Shown here one piece after another: positions 12,972-26,194 of a stretch of 64,000 nucleotides of DNA. Within the stretch, counting starts at the first letter, position 1, and every line of letters begins with the position of its first letter. The notes below the pieces were generated by a model. It was not told where the DNA came from. It saw only the letters and a program-made list of their open reading frames with translations, and ran no database searches. A program made the position numbers and the translations under genes. This stretch comes from Hypanus sabinus (Eukaryota): NCBI RefSeq assembly GCF_030144855.1, contig NC_082707.1:145328001-145392000 (forward strand), read 5' to 3'.

Positions 12972-14095
12972 AATTCAAGTTCAAGTTTACCATTTGTTTT
13001 CATACACAGGGTATAAATGCCATGAAAATGAGCTTTTTGCAGCAGCAGCAGCATGGAACATTATAAACATGACAAAGATAAGGTAACAGAAATTATACAT
13101 AATTTATATGTGTGCAAAGCTAAACAGCAAAGTAAACATAATGCTAGTGCAAGATTGATAAAGACAAAAAGAAATATAGTCTAAGGTAGTGTTAGATTCA
13201 AGATTCAAGAATATAATGGCAGTAGGTCTTCAGGCTCCTGTATCAACCTGCCTGATGGCAACAGCAAGAAGAGGGCATGGCCCAGAATATGGGGAGTCCC
13301 TGATGATGGATGCAACTTTCCTGTGACATTGCTCCTTCTAGATGTCATTGATTGTAGGGAGAGCTGTACCTGTGATGGGACTGGCCTCTTGCAATTGGAG
13401 TTTCCATTCCAGGTCGCGATGACACCAGTCAGAGTGCCTTCCATTGTACATTTGTAGAAGTTCTTCAAAACCTAAGCTGACTCTCCTTATAACTTCTAAG
13501 AAAGTAGAGATGCTAGCACATTTTCTTCCTGAGTTGTATCTATGTGTTGAGCACAGGATAGATCCAACAAAATATTGACACCTGAGAACACAAAGTTTCC
13601 ATTGCAAACCCTTTAATGAGGACAGTTGTGTGTTCAACTGACTTCCTCTTTCTACAATTCATAATCATTTCCTTGGATTTACTGATTTTGAGTGCATTTG
13701 TTATGTGCCACACAAGCAGCTGACCTATCTGATGACTCTATACTGCCCCTTTACCATCCATGATTCTGCCAACATCAGAGCTATCACTGGCAAATTTGTA
13801 GGTGGTGTTGGAGCTATGTTTAGCCACACAATCATAGAAAGAGCAAAGTTGGTGGGATTGGTTGGGGGGTGGGGGGGATTGTAGTGTTAAGCATGTGGTC
13901 CAGTGGTGCATCTCTGCTGATGGTCAGTGAGGAGGAAATTATGCTTCTGATCTGCATTGACTGTGAGGTCTCACTCCAAGTGCAGAGGGAGGCAGGGAGG
14001 CTTAGTCTTGGAGTTTGATAAATTGTGCAGGGATGGTGTTGAATGCCAATCTATAGTCAATGAATGACAACCTGATGTATGTGTTCTGGTTGTTC
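12972..14095 (-). mobile_element. Rex1/Babar-type LINE, decayed 3' part
   Basis: NFYKCTMEGTLTGVIATWNGN and GHALFLLLPSGR (Rex1 C-terminal motifs); (ttgaac)n-type tail. Confidence 0.8.
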
Positions 14096-16454
14096 AGTTC
14101 AGTCAGGTTTTTTTTTCTAATCGCAACAGTGTCAGATTAATACCAAGAAAAGCAACAAATATATGCAATATGTTCCAGTTTATATACTAACTGCACCATG
14201 GCATTTGTAGTTCACAGTTTTGAGCTCCAATTTATGACAGCACATGCAGAAATATGATTTACACAAATAGTAGTATAATAAGGTCACAGAAATGCACAAG
14301 GAGTGGTTTGCCCAAGAAAATGCTTGATCCTGTTTTACATTGGTGTGATGGCATGTACATGTGTTCACTGGTGTGATCTATTCCCAATAAAATTGCATTT
14401 TGTGCAAGTAGTGCCTAAAAATCGTGAACACTATAAATCCAATTTCTAGGCTCCTTCCTACTATCTATCGTCCTTGATTTCAGAGAAACATTTGCATATT
14501 TTCTAGCATGATATCCCTTTGCAGTTTCATTCACGCATGTCGGAAGTTTCAAAGTTATCAGTTTCTGTTTTGGAAAATATGATCTTATGGGGATAATTAT
14601 TACTGCCACCTGAATATCAATGTAGGGGAAAATGACACCTTTCCTGCCTCACTGACACCTATCACTGCTGCTTGAAACTTTTGGATTGCTCTGTAAAAGG
14701 GCAAACAGTACTAACATTTATTTTGAATGGAAGATAACTCGTGCTAATCAGGAATCTTTGCCAGGTGTAGTGCACCAATTATAATTTGGGTGGGGCATAC
14801 ATTCATGTAAGCCTCTAACCAGTAATTCTTAAAAGGGCCACTAGAAGCCATTCCAGCAAAATGACTAATGAAAATTTGGTATTGGGTGGTACAGTTGCAG
14901 TACAAATGCTCCCTCTGATACTGTTTAAAAAAATCTTGATCCATTGCTAATCTAGATCACACCTCACCCCAGCAGGCACGATGGCCAGCACAGTTGCCAT
15001 ATTAACCATGTCTAGAGTAGATGGAAGCTTGCTGACCATGCAGATTAGTACATGGAACAAAAGCAAGTTGTAATAAAACATTGAGAAATTCTTTTTGAAC
15101 TGGTGTTTTAGCCACTAAGTCTAGCCCAGAACAAAATAAATTAATTGCAACTTAATATCCAAAATGCTTGATCAAGAAGAGGGAAAACCCCTTGTTCGTG
15201 GTTAAATAGGACAGCAGATCCATGCCACTGCATGAGTAAAGTGTGAAAAGGCAACCGATTGATAAACAGACTAGTGGAGAATGCCATGTTCTGAACTGTA
15301 TTGATTTATCCTGCAACACCATGCTGTTGAAGTTGTAAGAATGTAAAATGCCTGTCATAACTTAGAAGCATAAATATCACTGTTCCACTGAGCTAGGAAC
15401 TGGTGACAGCAAGTTATTTTAACAAGTTACTATTTTGTTAAATTATTCATGGTTATATTCATATATGGGCTTGGGGACCTCAAAATTAAAATGAGTTTAA
15501 CATCTGAGGATCATTTTTGGATTTTCATTTTTCCTGATTCATTCATTATGTATTTTGAAATTTAATCACAGCTTTTAATTTGGCTGAAATAATATTAGTG
15601 GTTCTGTTGTCTTGGCACATACATGAAAGAATATAAATAGTTTGAAGTTAAATTCAAAATTAGAATAATTTTAATAAGTATGGGAGGGTTTTTAAGTCTC
15701 ATAGTGTGACATTCAGTGTTTCAGACCTTAAAATATTTCAAAATTGGCATGCATTTTAACTGTACAGAAACATTGCTCTTCAGTTCTGAATGGCTTTATG
15801 AACTGTGCAGTTAATTATAAGCAAATAGAAGCAATCTATCTGATGCACCCAGCTATTGATGTTATTGATAATGTGAGAATGATCAAGGAAGATAAAATGT
15901 CATTTGGTCCGTCAAAATGGATTTGTGCAAAGTAGAGTAGTTGTACATTGAGCAGGGGACATGTTCTGCAGCATGTGTTAAGTGAACCAACAGGATGAAT
16001 AATCTAACTTGATCTGTACTCAAAAGTCTTGGGGCTTCAATTGCATCAGCTAGTATCAGTTGGAGAATTTAAGAGACCAAATTCTATTTAAATTCACCTT
16101 TAAGTAGCTTTAAGACTGTGTAATGCTGGACTAGCTCAATACTTTATCCATTCTGGGATGATTTGATTATTATTATCATTGATGTTTAAGGTAATTATAT
16201 TTGTAGTGGCGGTCAAGTTGGATTTGAGAAAAGAATTTAAGTACTTAAGCTACTCATAACCTCTCTGCTAAAAGAGTGTTTCAAAGCCTGCATCTTCTGA
16301 AATACTGTACATTTTTCCTGCTGAATGCAACTGCAATATCACTCAAGAAACTCAGTGTGATCCAAGATAAAGCAACGTATTTCAACGGCATCCCAGTTGT
16401 ACAATGTAAACATTCACTTTCTCCACCATTGTCCGCCACAGTAATTACAGACTT

Positions 16455-18324
16455 TCTAATAACACTCATGTATGAGTGTGTGCCTACAAAATCATTCAGT
16501 GTCTTCCCCAACCAGAAGCCCTAGATGAGCCAAGATATCTGCAATCTGCTAAGGGCTGGATCAGTGGCATTCAGGGCTGGCAACCCAGGGAAGAACAAGA
16601 GATCCAGGTATGACCTTGTGTGAAGTAGCAATTCTGGACAAAACTCAAATCATAAAAGAATGCTTGATAGCTGTGGCAAGGCTTGAATGCTAACACCCCT
16701 TACAAAGCAAGTCCAAACAACATAATTTGACAGGAAGGTTTTGCTACCACATGAGCCCAATGCCTTTTATGCTTGATTTGATTGACAAAACATAGAGTTA
16801 CCTTCATAAACTCCCACAAACCCCGACAACCCAATGATTTCAGAATCTGAGGCTAATATGAGAACCATTCAGGAGGGTGAACCTGTGGCAAGCACCTGGC
16901 CCAGATGGTGTACCTGGCCGAGCACTGAAGAGCCATGCCTGTCAACTGGCTTAAGTGTTTATTGACATCTCTAATCTTCACCTTCAGCAGTCTGAGGTGC
17001 CCACCTGCTTCAAGCAGGCTTCAACCATACTGGTGCCCAAGAAGAACGTGGTAACCTGCCTCAATGATTATCGTCCAGTAGCACTTACATCCACTGCAAT
17101 GAAGTGCTTTGGAAGGCTAGTCAAATCTTGCCTGAGGAGTGACTTGGATCCACATCAATTTGCCCAACTTCACAACAGGTGAAGGCTGTACACTTAGCCC
17201 TCTGCTCTACTCGCTTTATACTTAATGACTGACAGACTAAGTACAGCTCCAATACCATACTTAATTGCTGACAACACCACTGTACACCAGCTCAATCGTG
17301 GTGACAAGTAGGCATATAGAAGGGAGATTGAAAATCTGGTTGAATGATGCCACAACAGCCTCTCACTCAAAGTCAGTAAAACCAAAGAGGCGATTATTGA
17401 CCACAGAAGGAAGAAGCCAGAGATCCATGAGCCAGTCCTCATTAGGAGATCAGAGGTGGAGAGAGACGGTAACTTTAAATTCTTTGGTGTTACCATACCA
17501 GCTGATCTGTGTTGAGCTGTAAGTGCCATTATTAAAAAGACATGACAGTACCTCTACTTTCTTAGAAGTTTGCACAGATTTGTGATGTCATCTAAAACTT
17601 TGGCAAACTTCAATAAATACACAGTGGAGAGTATCTTGAATAATTACATCAGAGCCTCGTATGGAAACACTAAAGCCCTTGAATGAAAAATCCTACAAAC
17701 GTTGGTGTATACAGCCCAGTCTGTCACAGGAAATTCCCTCCCGATCATTGAGCAGGTCTACAAGGGCATTGCCACAAGAAATTAGCATCCATTATTAAGG
17801 ACTTTCACCATCCAGGCCATATCCTCTTTTCACTGTTGCCATTTAGAAGGTGATACAGGAACCTTTGGTCCCACGCCACCAGGTTCAGGAATAGTCACCA
17901 CCCTTCAATCATCAAGCTCCAGAACCAGTGTGGATAACTTAACTCACCACAATTTTGAACTGATTCCATAACTTGTGGACTCACTTTTCACGAACTTTAC
18001 AACTCACAGCCTCAGGATTATTGATTTACTTATTTATTATTATTTTATTTTTCTCAGCTCAAGCTGGTAAAAACCTGAGCATAAGCACACACGCTCATTT
18101 ATCAATTTCTAGGAACTTGGACTATTCTAGTGGTGTTTAGTACTATGGCTTTCTGAAAATTTACATGGATATTGCTGTGTAACTGTTGATTATACTTTGT
18201 ATTTGCACAGCTTATTGTTTGCACATTGTCAGCCTTTATAAGTAATTTTCATTACTTTTATTGTATTTCTTTGTTCAACTGTGAATGCCTGCAAGAAAAT
18301 GAATCTCAGGGTAGTATATGACAT
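16455..18324 (+). mobile_element. Rex1/Babar LINE, decayed; 3' UTR interrupted by a solo LTR and resuming at 19583-19615
   Basis: VPTCFKQASTILVPKKNVVTCLNDYRPVALTSTAMKCFGRLV; 3' UTR gaatctcagggtagtatatgacat|...|tatatgtacttcgataataagtttactttgaac. Confidence 0.9.
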
Positions 18325-19255
18325 TGTTACGAAGGATGAACAACTCTGATGGGCAGAAGGGTGCAGAGTGGCCCATCCCCCCCCTTTTGGAGAATCGCAA
18401 ATCGCTACTATTTCGATGCTGCTAACAAGGAAGTAAGAGAGACAAAAGGAAATCTGCCAGGGCAGTTGTTATTGATAACAGCTCATGAAAGAGAATGAGA
18501 GGGAGACACACAGCTAAGAGGTACACAAGGTGGAACGTCTCCTACTGACAAAAGAGAAGATTTACTGCTATTGTCTTTTGGAGAAGGATTGTTTACTTGT
18601 AACTGTTCTATTCATTGAAATCCCTCAGGGGACAGCCAGAGTGGGCTGGTTTGATGGGTTAAGTCACTCAAACCTGATTGACACCTGAGACCCTGTGAGT
18701 GGGGATAAAATTGAGGTCTGGGGTGACACCCCTCAGACACACCAGGAGAAATGCTAGTGAGCAGCAGAAACCCACGAGGCAGTGTGGGACATCGGAGACC
18801 GAACGAAGGGTCGGTAAATTTTAATTCACAGTGTTCATAGCGAGACCGGTGGGGGCTTGTGTGTGTGTCCACCCTTGCCTGGGTGATAAGTCCACCACAG
18901 AAGAATGGTCTAGCTAAAGGACAGAGGGGTCACACTTGAATGGCCACAACAATGACACATCGATGGATTGAAATCGTAAAGGAAGATTGGCAGACCATAG
19001 CTGTTACTGTTTGCACACTCTCTTTCTCTCGTCTCTCTCTCTCTCTCTCTCTCTCNNNNNNNNNNNNNNNNNNNNNNNNNNNNNNNNNNNNNNNNNNNNN
19101 NNNNNNNNNNNNNNNNNNNNNNNNNNNNNNNNNNNNNNNNNNNNNNNNNNNNNNNNNNNNNNNNNNNNNNNNNNNNNNNNNNNNNNNNNNNNNNNNNNNN
19201 NNNNNNNNNNNNNNNNNNNNNNNNNNNNNNNNNNNNNNNNNNNNNNNNNNNNNNN

Positions 19256-19293
<38 letters not shown>

Positions 19294-19578
19294 CCCCACA
19301 TCGACCGACAACTACTGCAGCCTGCATCAACTGAACTGAACTTTATATTTCCATCTGACAATTCATTATCCCTAGACAACGATAGAGCTTGTTTTATTAT
19401 TGATTATTATTATACCCACACTTTTAGGTTTAGTATTGCTAATGTATATTGTCTGTATATTTGCATTGATATTGTTTTGTATATTTTTACAAATAAATAC
19501 TGTTGAAAATAGCATCACCAGACTCTAACGGACACTTCTATCTTTGCTGGTAAGACACCCAGTTACGGGTACGTAACA
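18325..19578 (+). mobile_element. Solo LTR (~1.25 kb including the assembly gap)
   Basis: Inverted termini TGTTACG...CGTAACA; perfect 4-bp TSD ACAT (18321-18324 / 19579-19582); AATAAA near 19492. Confidence 0.85.
19020..19290. repeat. (CT)n microsatellite spanning a 200-N assembly gap (19056-19255)
   Basis: Seen directly. Confidence 0.95.
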
Positions 19579-19824
19579 ACATTATATGTACTTCGATAAT
19601 AAGTTTACTTTGAACCATTGATGTACTGCTGATTACAATTTGTACCACCCATAAAACTTGCTGCAATTAGTGGTTACACTACTCTGAAAACATTTCCCAA
19701 ACCTAGAATATTTAACATCAACCAGAATGAGGCAGGATACACATTGGAACAACAATAGCTTCACGTACCATCCACTTTAGAATTAAGATACCTTTCATCG
19801 CAGACACTGGAATTCATGGGATCT

Positions 19825-19926
19825 TGAGTCTCCCCAGGTTATTGAGATAGGCAAGAGATGAGATTGCTGAGGCCTTGACCAAGATTATTATGTCCTCTCT
19901 AGCCACAGGTGAGTTCCTAGAGATTG
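19825..19926 (+). mobile_element. Short CR1 ORF2 fragment
   Basis: PRLLR..RDEIAEALTKI..SSLATGE, homologous to 28195-28280 and 62068-62140. Confidence 0.65.
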
Positions 19927-20089
19927 CTTTCAGTGCTCTAGAGGCAATATGAATTGTTTTCCATTATGTTGGCATGAGCTTGGCTTATTTTTACTGTCTC
20001 AGGTCAGACATGACTCCAATTCTGAAAGGTATTCTGAAAGGTATTTAAGCAGAATAGTCCATGAACTTCGAAAACCTGATCTTGAAATG

Positions 20090-21437
20090 TTGAGGGACTG
20101 TACAGCCAGTTTACAGAGATTCTAAAAGAAAACTTCAGCATCTCTTTGGAACAGTATACTGTCCCCACAGGCTTCAAGGCAACCACTGTCATCCCAGTGC
20201 CACAGAGGGTAACAGTAACTGCCTTAATAGGTACTGTCCAGTGGCACTGACCTCAATAACAGTGAAGTGCTTTGAGCAGCTGGTTATAGATCATAACAAT
20301 TGCCATCTTTCTGCTACGTTGGACCATCACCTACTTCTCAAATCGATCCACTGATGATGCCATAGCCTCTGCACTCCACCTGTCCTGTTCTACCTGGAAA
20401 ATGGTGCAGCACATGCTTTGGGATGCTGTTTATTGACTTCTGTTCAGCATTTGCTACAAGCGTCCCTCAGAAGCTGGTGGGTAAACTGTCCTTGTTGGGT
20501 GTCAACACCTCTCCCTGTTACTGGATTTTGGACCTTGTACAGAAAGATCAGTAGTCAGTCGGTATTGGCAGCAACATTTCTAGCTCCATCACAATAAACA
20601 CTGCCCACTGTTCTTCGCATTGCTGATGCATGACTGTACTGCTAGATGCAGTTCAAATGGAATCACCGAGTCTGCTAATGATACAACAGTGGTTGGCCTC
20701 ATGAGAAGGTGTACAGAGAGGAGGTAGTGCACTGATGGAATGGTGCAGGCACAACAGCTTGAGCCTCAATGTGGACGTTAAAAAGATGTTTGTAGACCAT
20801 CGGAAGCTGCAGGCTGACCATTCCTCACTGCACATAAACAGTTCTCTCTTTGAGTGCACATTATGGATAATGTCAAATGGTTCCTCAATGCCACCTCTTT
20901 ATTCAAGAAAGCACAGCAGTGGCTCCACTTCCTGAGGAGATTGAGGCTCTGCCCACCCCCATTCTAACCAATTTTCACAGGTACATCATTGAGAGTGTCC
21001 TGACCAACTCCATCATCACCTAGTCTGAGAATTGCAAGGCATCTAACCACAAGACCCTACAAAAGATGTGAGGATCATCTGGGTCTCTCTTCCAACCATC
21101 CAAGATATTTATCAGGATCACAGTGTATTCAGAGTATTTAGCATTGTCAGTGATCCCTCCTATCAGGAAGGAGGTGCTGTAGCATCAGGACAGTAAGTGT
21201 GAAATAGCTTCTTACCTCAGACCGTGAGATGACTGAACTTCTTACACATCATCACATATGAAGTGCCAGTAGCTTTATGCTGTTTACTTTTTAACTTGTC
21301 ATAAATGCCTTATTTGTTAAGTTATTTGTGATGATATTACTTTGTGTTGTGTGTGAGTTATATGACTGTATTGTACACCTTGATGTGGAGGAACGTTTGA
21401 TGGTATGGTTGAATGACAATAAACTTGATCTTGAACT
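20090..21437 (+). mobile_element. Rex1/Babar LINE, decayed RT to 3' end
   Basis: VPTGFKATTVIPVP..CPVALTSITVKCFEQLV; RSTDDAIA; MEWCRHNSLSLNV; tail aataaacttgatcttgaac. Confidence 0.85.
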
Positions 21438-21769
21438 TTTATAGTGTAATGCATTAATTCTTAATACAAATGAATATTCAGTAATGTAAGACTGCAAGTT
21501 TGCCACAGAGCAACACAATAAATAGCAGTTACTCTTATTGAGTTGGCCTTTTTGTGATTATTCTCCAGAGTAGATTTGTAATCTACTGGTTGATGAAATT
21601 TTAGCTGATAATGCCTCAGGAAGGAAATGGGCATCTGACACTTGAGTGAACAAGAAAAACAATTACAATACCTATCTAGTTGATCAAACAGAATTGTGCA
21701 CTTATCAGCACAATGAAGTCTAAATTCCCAAGTGCCAGGTCTGACACAGGTACAAAAAATTAGTTTCCA

Positions 21770-22460
21770 AAAATGGAAGTGGGCCAAGGAATGACATAAT
21801 TTAACTCAGACAAATGCAAGGTGTTGCATTTTGTGGAGTTAAAAGCCGGGCAGAACTTGCTTTCGTCAATCAGACAATGAGTGTAAGAGGTGAGATGTTA
21901 TCTTATAGATGTTGGTGGGCAGAATGTACAAAACGCTGGAGGAATTCAACAAGTCAGGCATCATCTATGAAGGGGAATAATAGTTGATGAAGAGCCTCAA
22001 ACTGACATGTCAACTGCTTATTCTTCTCAATGGATGCGACAGCATCCTGCTGAGTTTTGTGAGTTGCTGAGTTCCTCCAGCATTTTGTGTGTGTGTGTGT
22101 GTTGCTCAAGATTTTTGGCATATGTAGAACCAGTTTTGTGTATGAGCTGTTGGTTGGGCCACACTTCTGGTCATAACATCTGTGGAACCTCGAAAGGATG
22201 CAGAAAAGTTCCAAGTGGATGTTGCTAGGACTGGAGAAGCTAATTGCTTTCCATGGAGTGAAGGAGCCTGATAAGTGACCTACGAGGTTGTAAGGGACAT
22301 TCTGAGCAGAAAGATTTAAAGGAGACCTGCAGGTGGGGGGTAGTTTTTCTACAGAGGGTGATGAATATTTGAAATGAGCTGCCAGAGGAGGTGGTGGAGG
22401 TAGATACTATTACAAAGTCTAACAGGATTTTGGACAGGTATTTGAATAAGAAAGGTATAG
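21770..22460 (+). mobile_element. CR1 ORF2 3' fragment interrupted by a Penelope-derived mini-element
   Basis: FNSDKCKVLHF..; FSTERVMNI*NELPEEVVE motifs. Confidence 0.75.
21926..22135. mobile_element. Penelope-derived fold-back mini-element
   Basis: Inverted arms acaaaacgctggaggaattcaac... / ...gctgagttcctccagcattttgtgtg; homologous to the PLE 3' end at 42017-42150. Confidence 0.8.
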
Positions 22461-22461
22461 G

Positions 22462-22530
22462 GTAGGGTTTCCCAAACTAGGGTCTGCGGACACCTTGCTT
22501 AATGGTATTGGTCCATGGCATAAAAACGGT
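22462..22530. mobile_element. Possible partial hAT-type MITE
   Basis: tagggtttcccaaact.. start resembles the cagggg/ttcccaaac hAT terminus; the right TIR is not seen. Confidence 0.3.
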
Positions 22531-24321
22531 GTAGTGTAGAGAGATACAGCTCTAATGCAGAGAAAATAGATTAAAGTAAAAGTGTATTCAATTGGCTCAG
22601 ATGGGCTGGGTAGTTCTACGATTCTGAGAGAAGCAAAATATTGAGTTGGTTTATGTTAAGAATTCAAACACCCCAAGAAATGAGACTTCAGACATTTCAG
22701 AAGTCAGATTATCTATATTTCCATCATTTATTGAAAAAACACTAAGTTTTGTGATGGAATCTAGCTGCTCCCTAGAGCTTTGGAGAACTCATTAAGTATG
22801 ACTTAGCTAACAGTGCCAGCTTGCTTTCATGTAATCTGAAATGTATTTAATTCATTTTTGTTAGAGAAGCAAGGAAATAAAACATCTGGGTCAGGAAAAA
22901 AAAGATTAATGGCTGGGTGAACCGGGGGAAATGTCCAAAGAAACAGTGAAACTACCTGGCAGTGAGAATGGAAGTGAAATCTTTTAGATTTAGGGTTGAA
23001 TTTTATACATAATTTCCTGCATCACAAATTAATCCAGATTTTGAACAGGGATGAGGTATGCAAAAGATTGTTGAGAAAAATCAGTCATTTTTCTATTAAC
23101 TAGATGCTAAATCTGCTGGAGTGGCAGTTCAGAGATAGTTCAACCTTGGCTGAAGGTAAAATTTGAGCAAGACGGCTATTGTTACTTTTTAAACCGGAAA
23201 GATTTGACCCAAGATCCCTTGCAACAAAAGCTCTACTAAATGTAAGTGGTTATATATCCACACAAAATTGACAAGAGAACAGAAATAATTTTCTAAATTT
23301 GTACTTGCAGATTTCCCAACCTGACAGTACAAAGTGTGGAAATGACTTTTTCTGTTGATGCAGATTTAATCTGCTTTCTTACTAATTACCTTTTTGTATA
23401 AATCTGTATAATTAATTAGCAATCTTTTCTCACTGAAGTGCAAAGGGATGAGAAAGAATTATGATCAAATTACAAAAATATTGTATATAATGTAATATTG
23501 CATCTATTTTAGGCATTTGTAATTCAGTTCCTACAGGTTCTTATGCCATATATAAGTTTCATAAGGATCCATATGGGGAGGATTTTCTTAGCATGCACAT
23601 AAATATCTTGAAGTCCAGTCATTCTATATCATCAAATAATTTGGTATAAGTGAACTATTGGTCAGGTGATAGCTACAGGAATTTTTAATTGTGTCTATAA
23701 TTGGGCTTCACTAACTTTAATGCTCTAATTAAAGCAAAATTGTATATTTGAGAGGAGCTGGAGAAAGAATAGTGAACTTCATATCTATGATTTTAAAGTC
23801 AGTGGGCAATCAGCTAGAAAGATTTTGGGGCTCAAAATAACTCAGAGTGATGAAGGAGATTCTGTATAAGAAGATAAATGACGGAAGAAATGTGTTCCTA
23901 GAGATTATGGCAAGAATTGACATTGGAGGTCTCAGATCAAGAATATTAGTAAAAATGCAATTTGAATACCTTTTTACTATCCAATGTAATGCTTAGAATT
24001 GCTTTTACTGAAGGCCACCAGCATTCATGCTAGCTGCATCAGGATGCAGGTAAACTGAATCGAGAGCCAGTAGCAGGCACTAGGCCCTTTATTTACAAAT
24101 GCAAATATCTTTCTGCATTAAATAAGTATAATGGATGCTTCATGATCGACTTTGGAAAATTTCCATCTAAGGGATGTGTGCATGTTTGCATCCCTTAGAC
24201 CCTGGTTTCAATCTTCACAGCTGCACAATTTCGTGTGGCCCATTTAGGCCTACATGCACCATAGAATAGTAAATGTACCTTACTTGGCATAGCAGGGAGG
24301 CTTCCCTAAAATTGATGCATG

Positions 24322-24640
24322 TGCGCCATGGTAGAATAGTGTTAAGTGCAATGCTATTACAGCTCAGGTTGTTCTGAAGTTCAGGTTTCAGTTCCAGTGC
24401 CATCTGTACAGAGTCTCCGTATGTCCTCCCCATGGAACGCATGGGTTTTCCCCCAGTGCTCTGGTTTCCTTCCACTGTACAAAGACGTACCAGGTTGATT
24501 AATTGGTCATTGTAAATTGTCTCGTGATGAGGTTAGGGTTATCGGGTTTGTTGGGGAGTTGGTGGGATGACATGGCTTGAAGGGCTGGAAGGGCCTTCTC
24601 CATGCTGTATCGCTAAATAAAGTTAACATAAAATAAATAA
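24322..24640 (+). mobile_element. tRNA-derived SINE with V-domain (HE1/V-SINE type) and CR1-like tail
   Basis: Central gcatgggttttcccccagtgctctggtttccttccac..caaagacgt..ttaattggtcattgtaaattg; tail gaagggcc..ctccatgctgtatc..aaataaa. Confidence 0.85.
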
Positions 24641-24958
24641 AACTGGGGAGGTGCACATATTGATGAAGTACCTGTTCCCATTTTCAGAATTCTGATAGGA
24701 GATGCTGCTAGCTGATCCAGCCTGCCCTCCCCTGGGATTCCAAATATCCCCCCCAAAAAGTAATGTCTCTTTTGAGGACTTAAAAAAAATAGATTTATCT
24801 ATTCAGCATCTTGTATTTTGAATTTGACAATGTGGAGCCCACCTTGGAAACAAATTCTGGAACTTCTACTTATTTTTTTCATTTTAACCAATGTTAATAG
24901 CACATACTCCATTAATATTATCTGAGAAACCATAGATTTTGAGCCTCAGGCACTGCAA

Positions 24959-25223
24959 GCAACACACACTAAATGCTGGAGGAACTCAGCAGGCCAGGCA
25001 GCATCTATGGAAAAGAGTACAGTTGATGTTTCAGGCTGAGACCCTACATCAGGACTGGAAAAAAAAGATGAAAGTTAGAAGGTGGGGGGAGGGGAGGGTT
25101 AAGGTCTCGGCCTGAAATGTCAACTCCTATTTTCCATAGATGCTGCCTGGTCAGCTGAGTTCCTCCAGCATTTTGTGAGTGTTGCTTAGATTTCCAGCAT
25201 ATGCAGCTTTCCTCTTGTTTGTG
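24959..25223. mobile_element. Penelope-derived fold-back mini-element with hammerhead remnant
   Basis: Long inverted arms; imperfect 14-bp TSD ctcaggcactgcaa/ctcagacatttcaa. Confidence 0.85.
25020..25057 (-). ncRNA. Minimal type-I hammerhead ribozyme remnant (mutated)
   Basis: Minus strand cagtc CTGATGT agggtctcagcct GAAA CATC aactg; the consensus across copies is cagtc-CTGATGA-agggtctcggccc-GAAACGTC-gactg. Confidence 0.7.
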
Positions 25224-26194
25224 CTCAGACATTTCAATATTTGATGTTTGTCACAGCAATAAGTTAGTACACTTTTAAGATAAGAAGTTGCATAGTTATT
25301 TGTTCCCAGATGTTGGCATTTTCACCTATATGTCACTTAATCTCACTTTTATCTGGCATTTCACTTCTGCATAACCTTGACAAAGTTGGACTGATGTGCC
25401 TTCTCTAAATCTTTGAGAAGTTGTTCTTTTTAAAAGCAAAAGGTTTTTGTTTAAACAATTAGTATTTTGGGACTTTGTATAAACCTCTTTTCATGGCATT
25501 TTGGGGGCATTATAAATGTACAGTAGGTGTAAATTTTATCCTTTAAAATCAAGAAGACAAGTATCAGTAATTGATTGATTGTCCATGATGTGTCCTATAA
25601 ATCTCTGAAGGGAAAAAATTAGCAGAAGGATCATCTGAAAATCTGTTAATAAACAAAATAAATGGAAAATATAAAGAACAAGCTCAATGATTTTAAAATA
25701 ACTAGAAGTAAGCAGCTAAGATGAAGAGCAGAGAACATCAAAACATTCGGTAGTGAGAGTATAGGGAGAGACATTGCCAGAGCTGAAAACCAAAGCATTA
25801 AAAGACAGCTAGAAAATTGAGCAGTAGACCAAAAAATTAATTTGAGGCTGCATTTGTACCAGTTATTTATGGTGAATGGTTTCAGTTACACATCAATGCA
25901 AATATGTGATCATAACTTCAGAGTGTTCAGAGTACAGTAAATCAAGGACACTAACATTCCAGAGACAGATTAAGAGGAGAATATGCAGTTGTGGACAAAA
26001 TATGGCCTAAACTCAAGTTTTATATTAATGTTTATTTTATTGTCATATTTATTTGTGGATTTTCAGTGTGTTCCATGCTGCACAAATGTAAAATGACTTT
26101 TCTCATAATAATATTGATAACAACCATTTCCAGGCCATTGTGTGGCACGCTGGAAATTTGTCCAGGTACTTCCCAGATGCAGCAAAAGGGTATA

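Noticed and set aside
18910-19506. ORFs with ER/SL repeats and X runs
   Set aside because: Artefacts of the (CT)n microsatellite and the N gap
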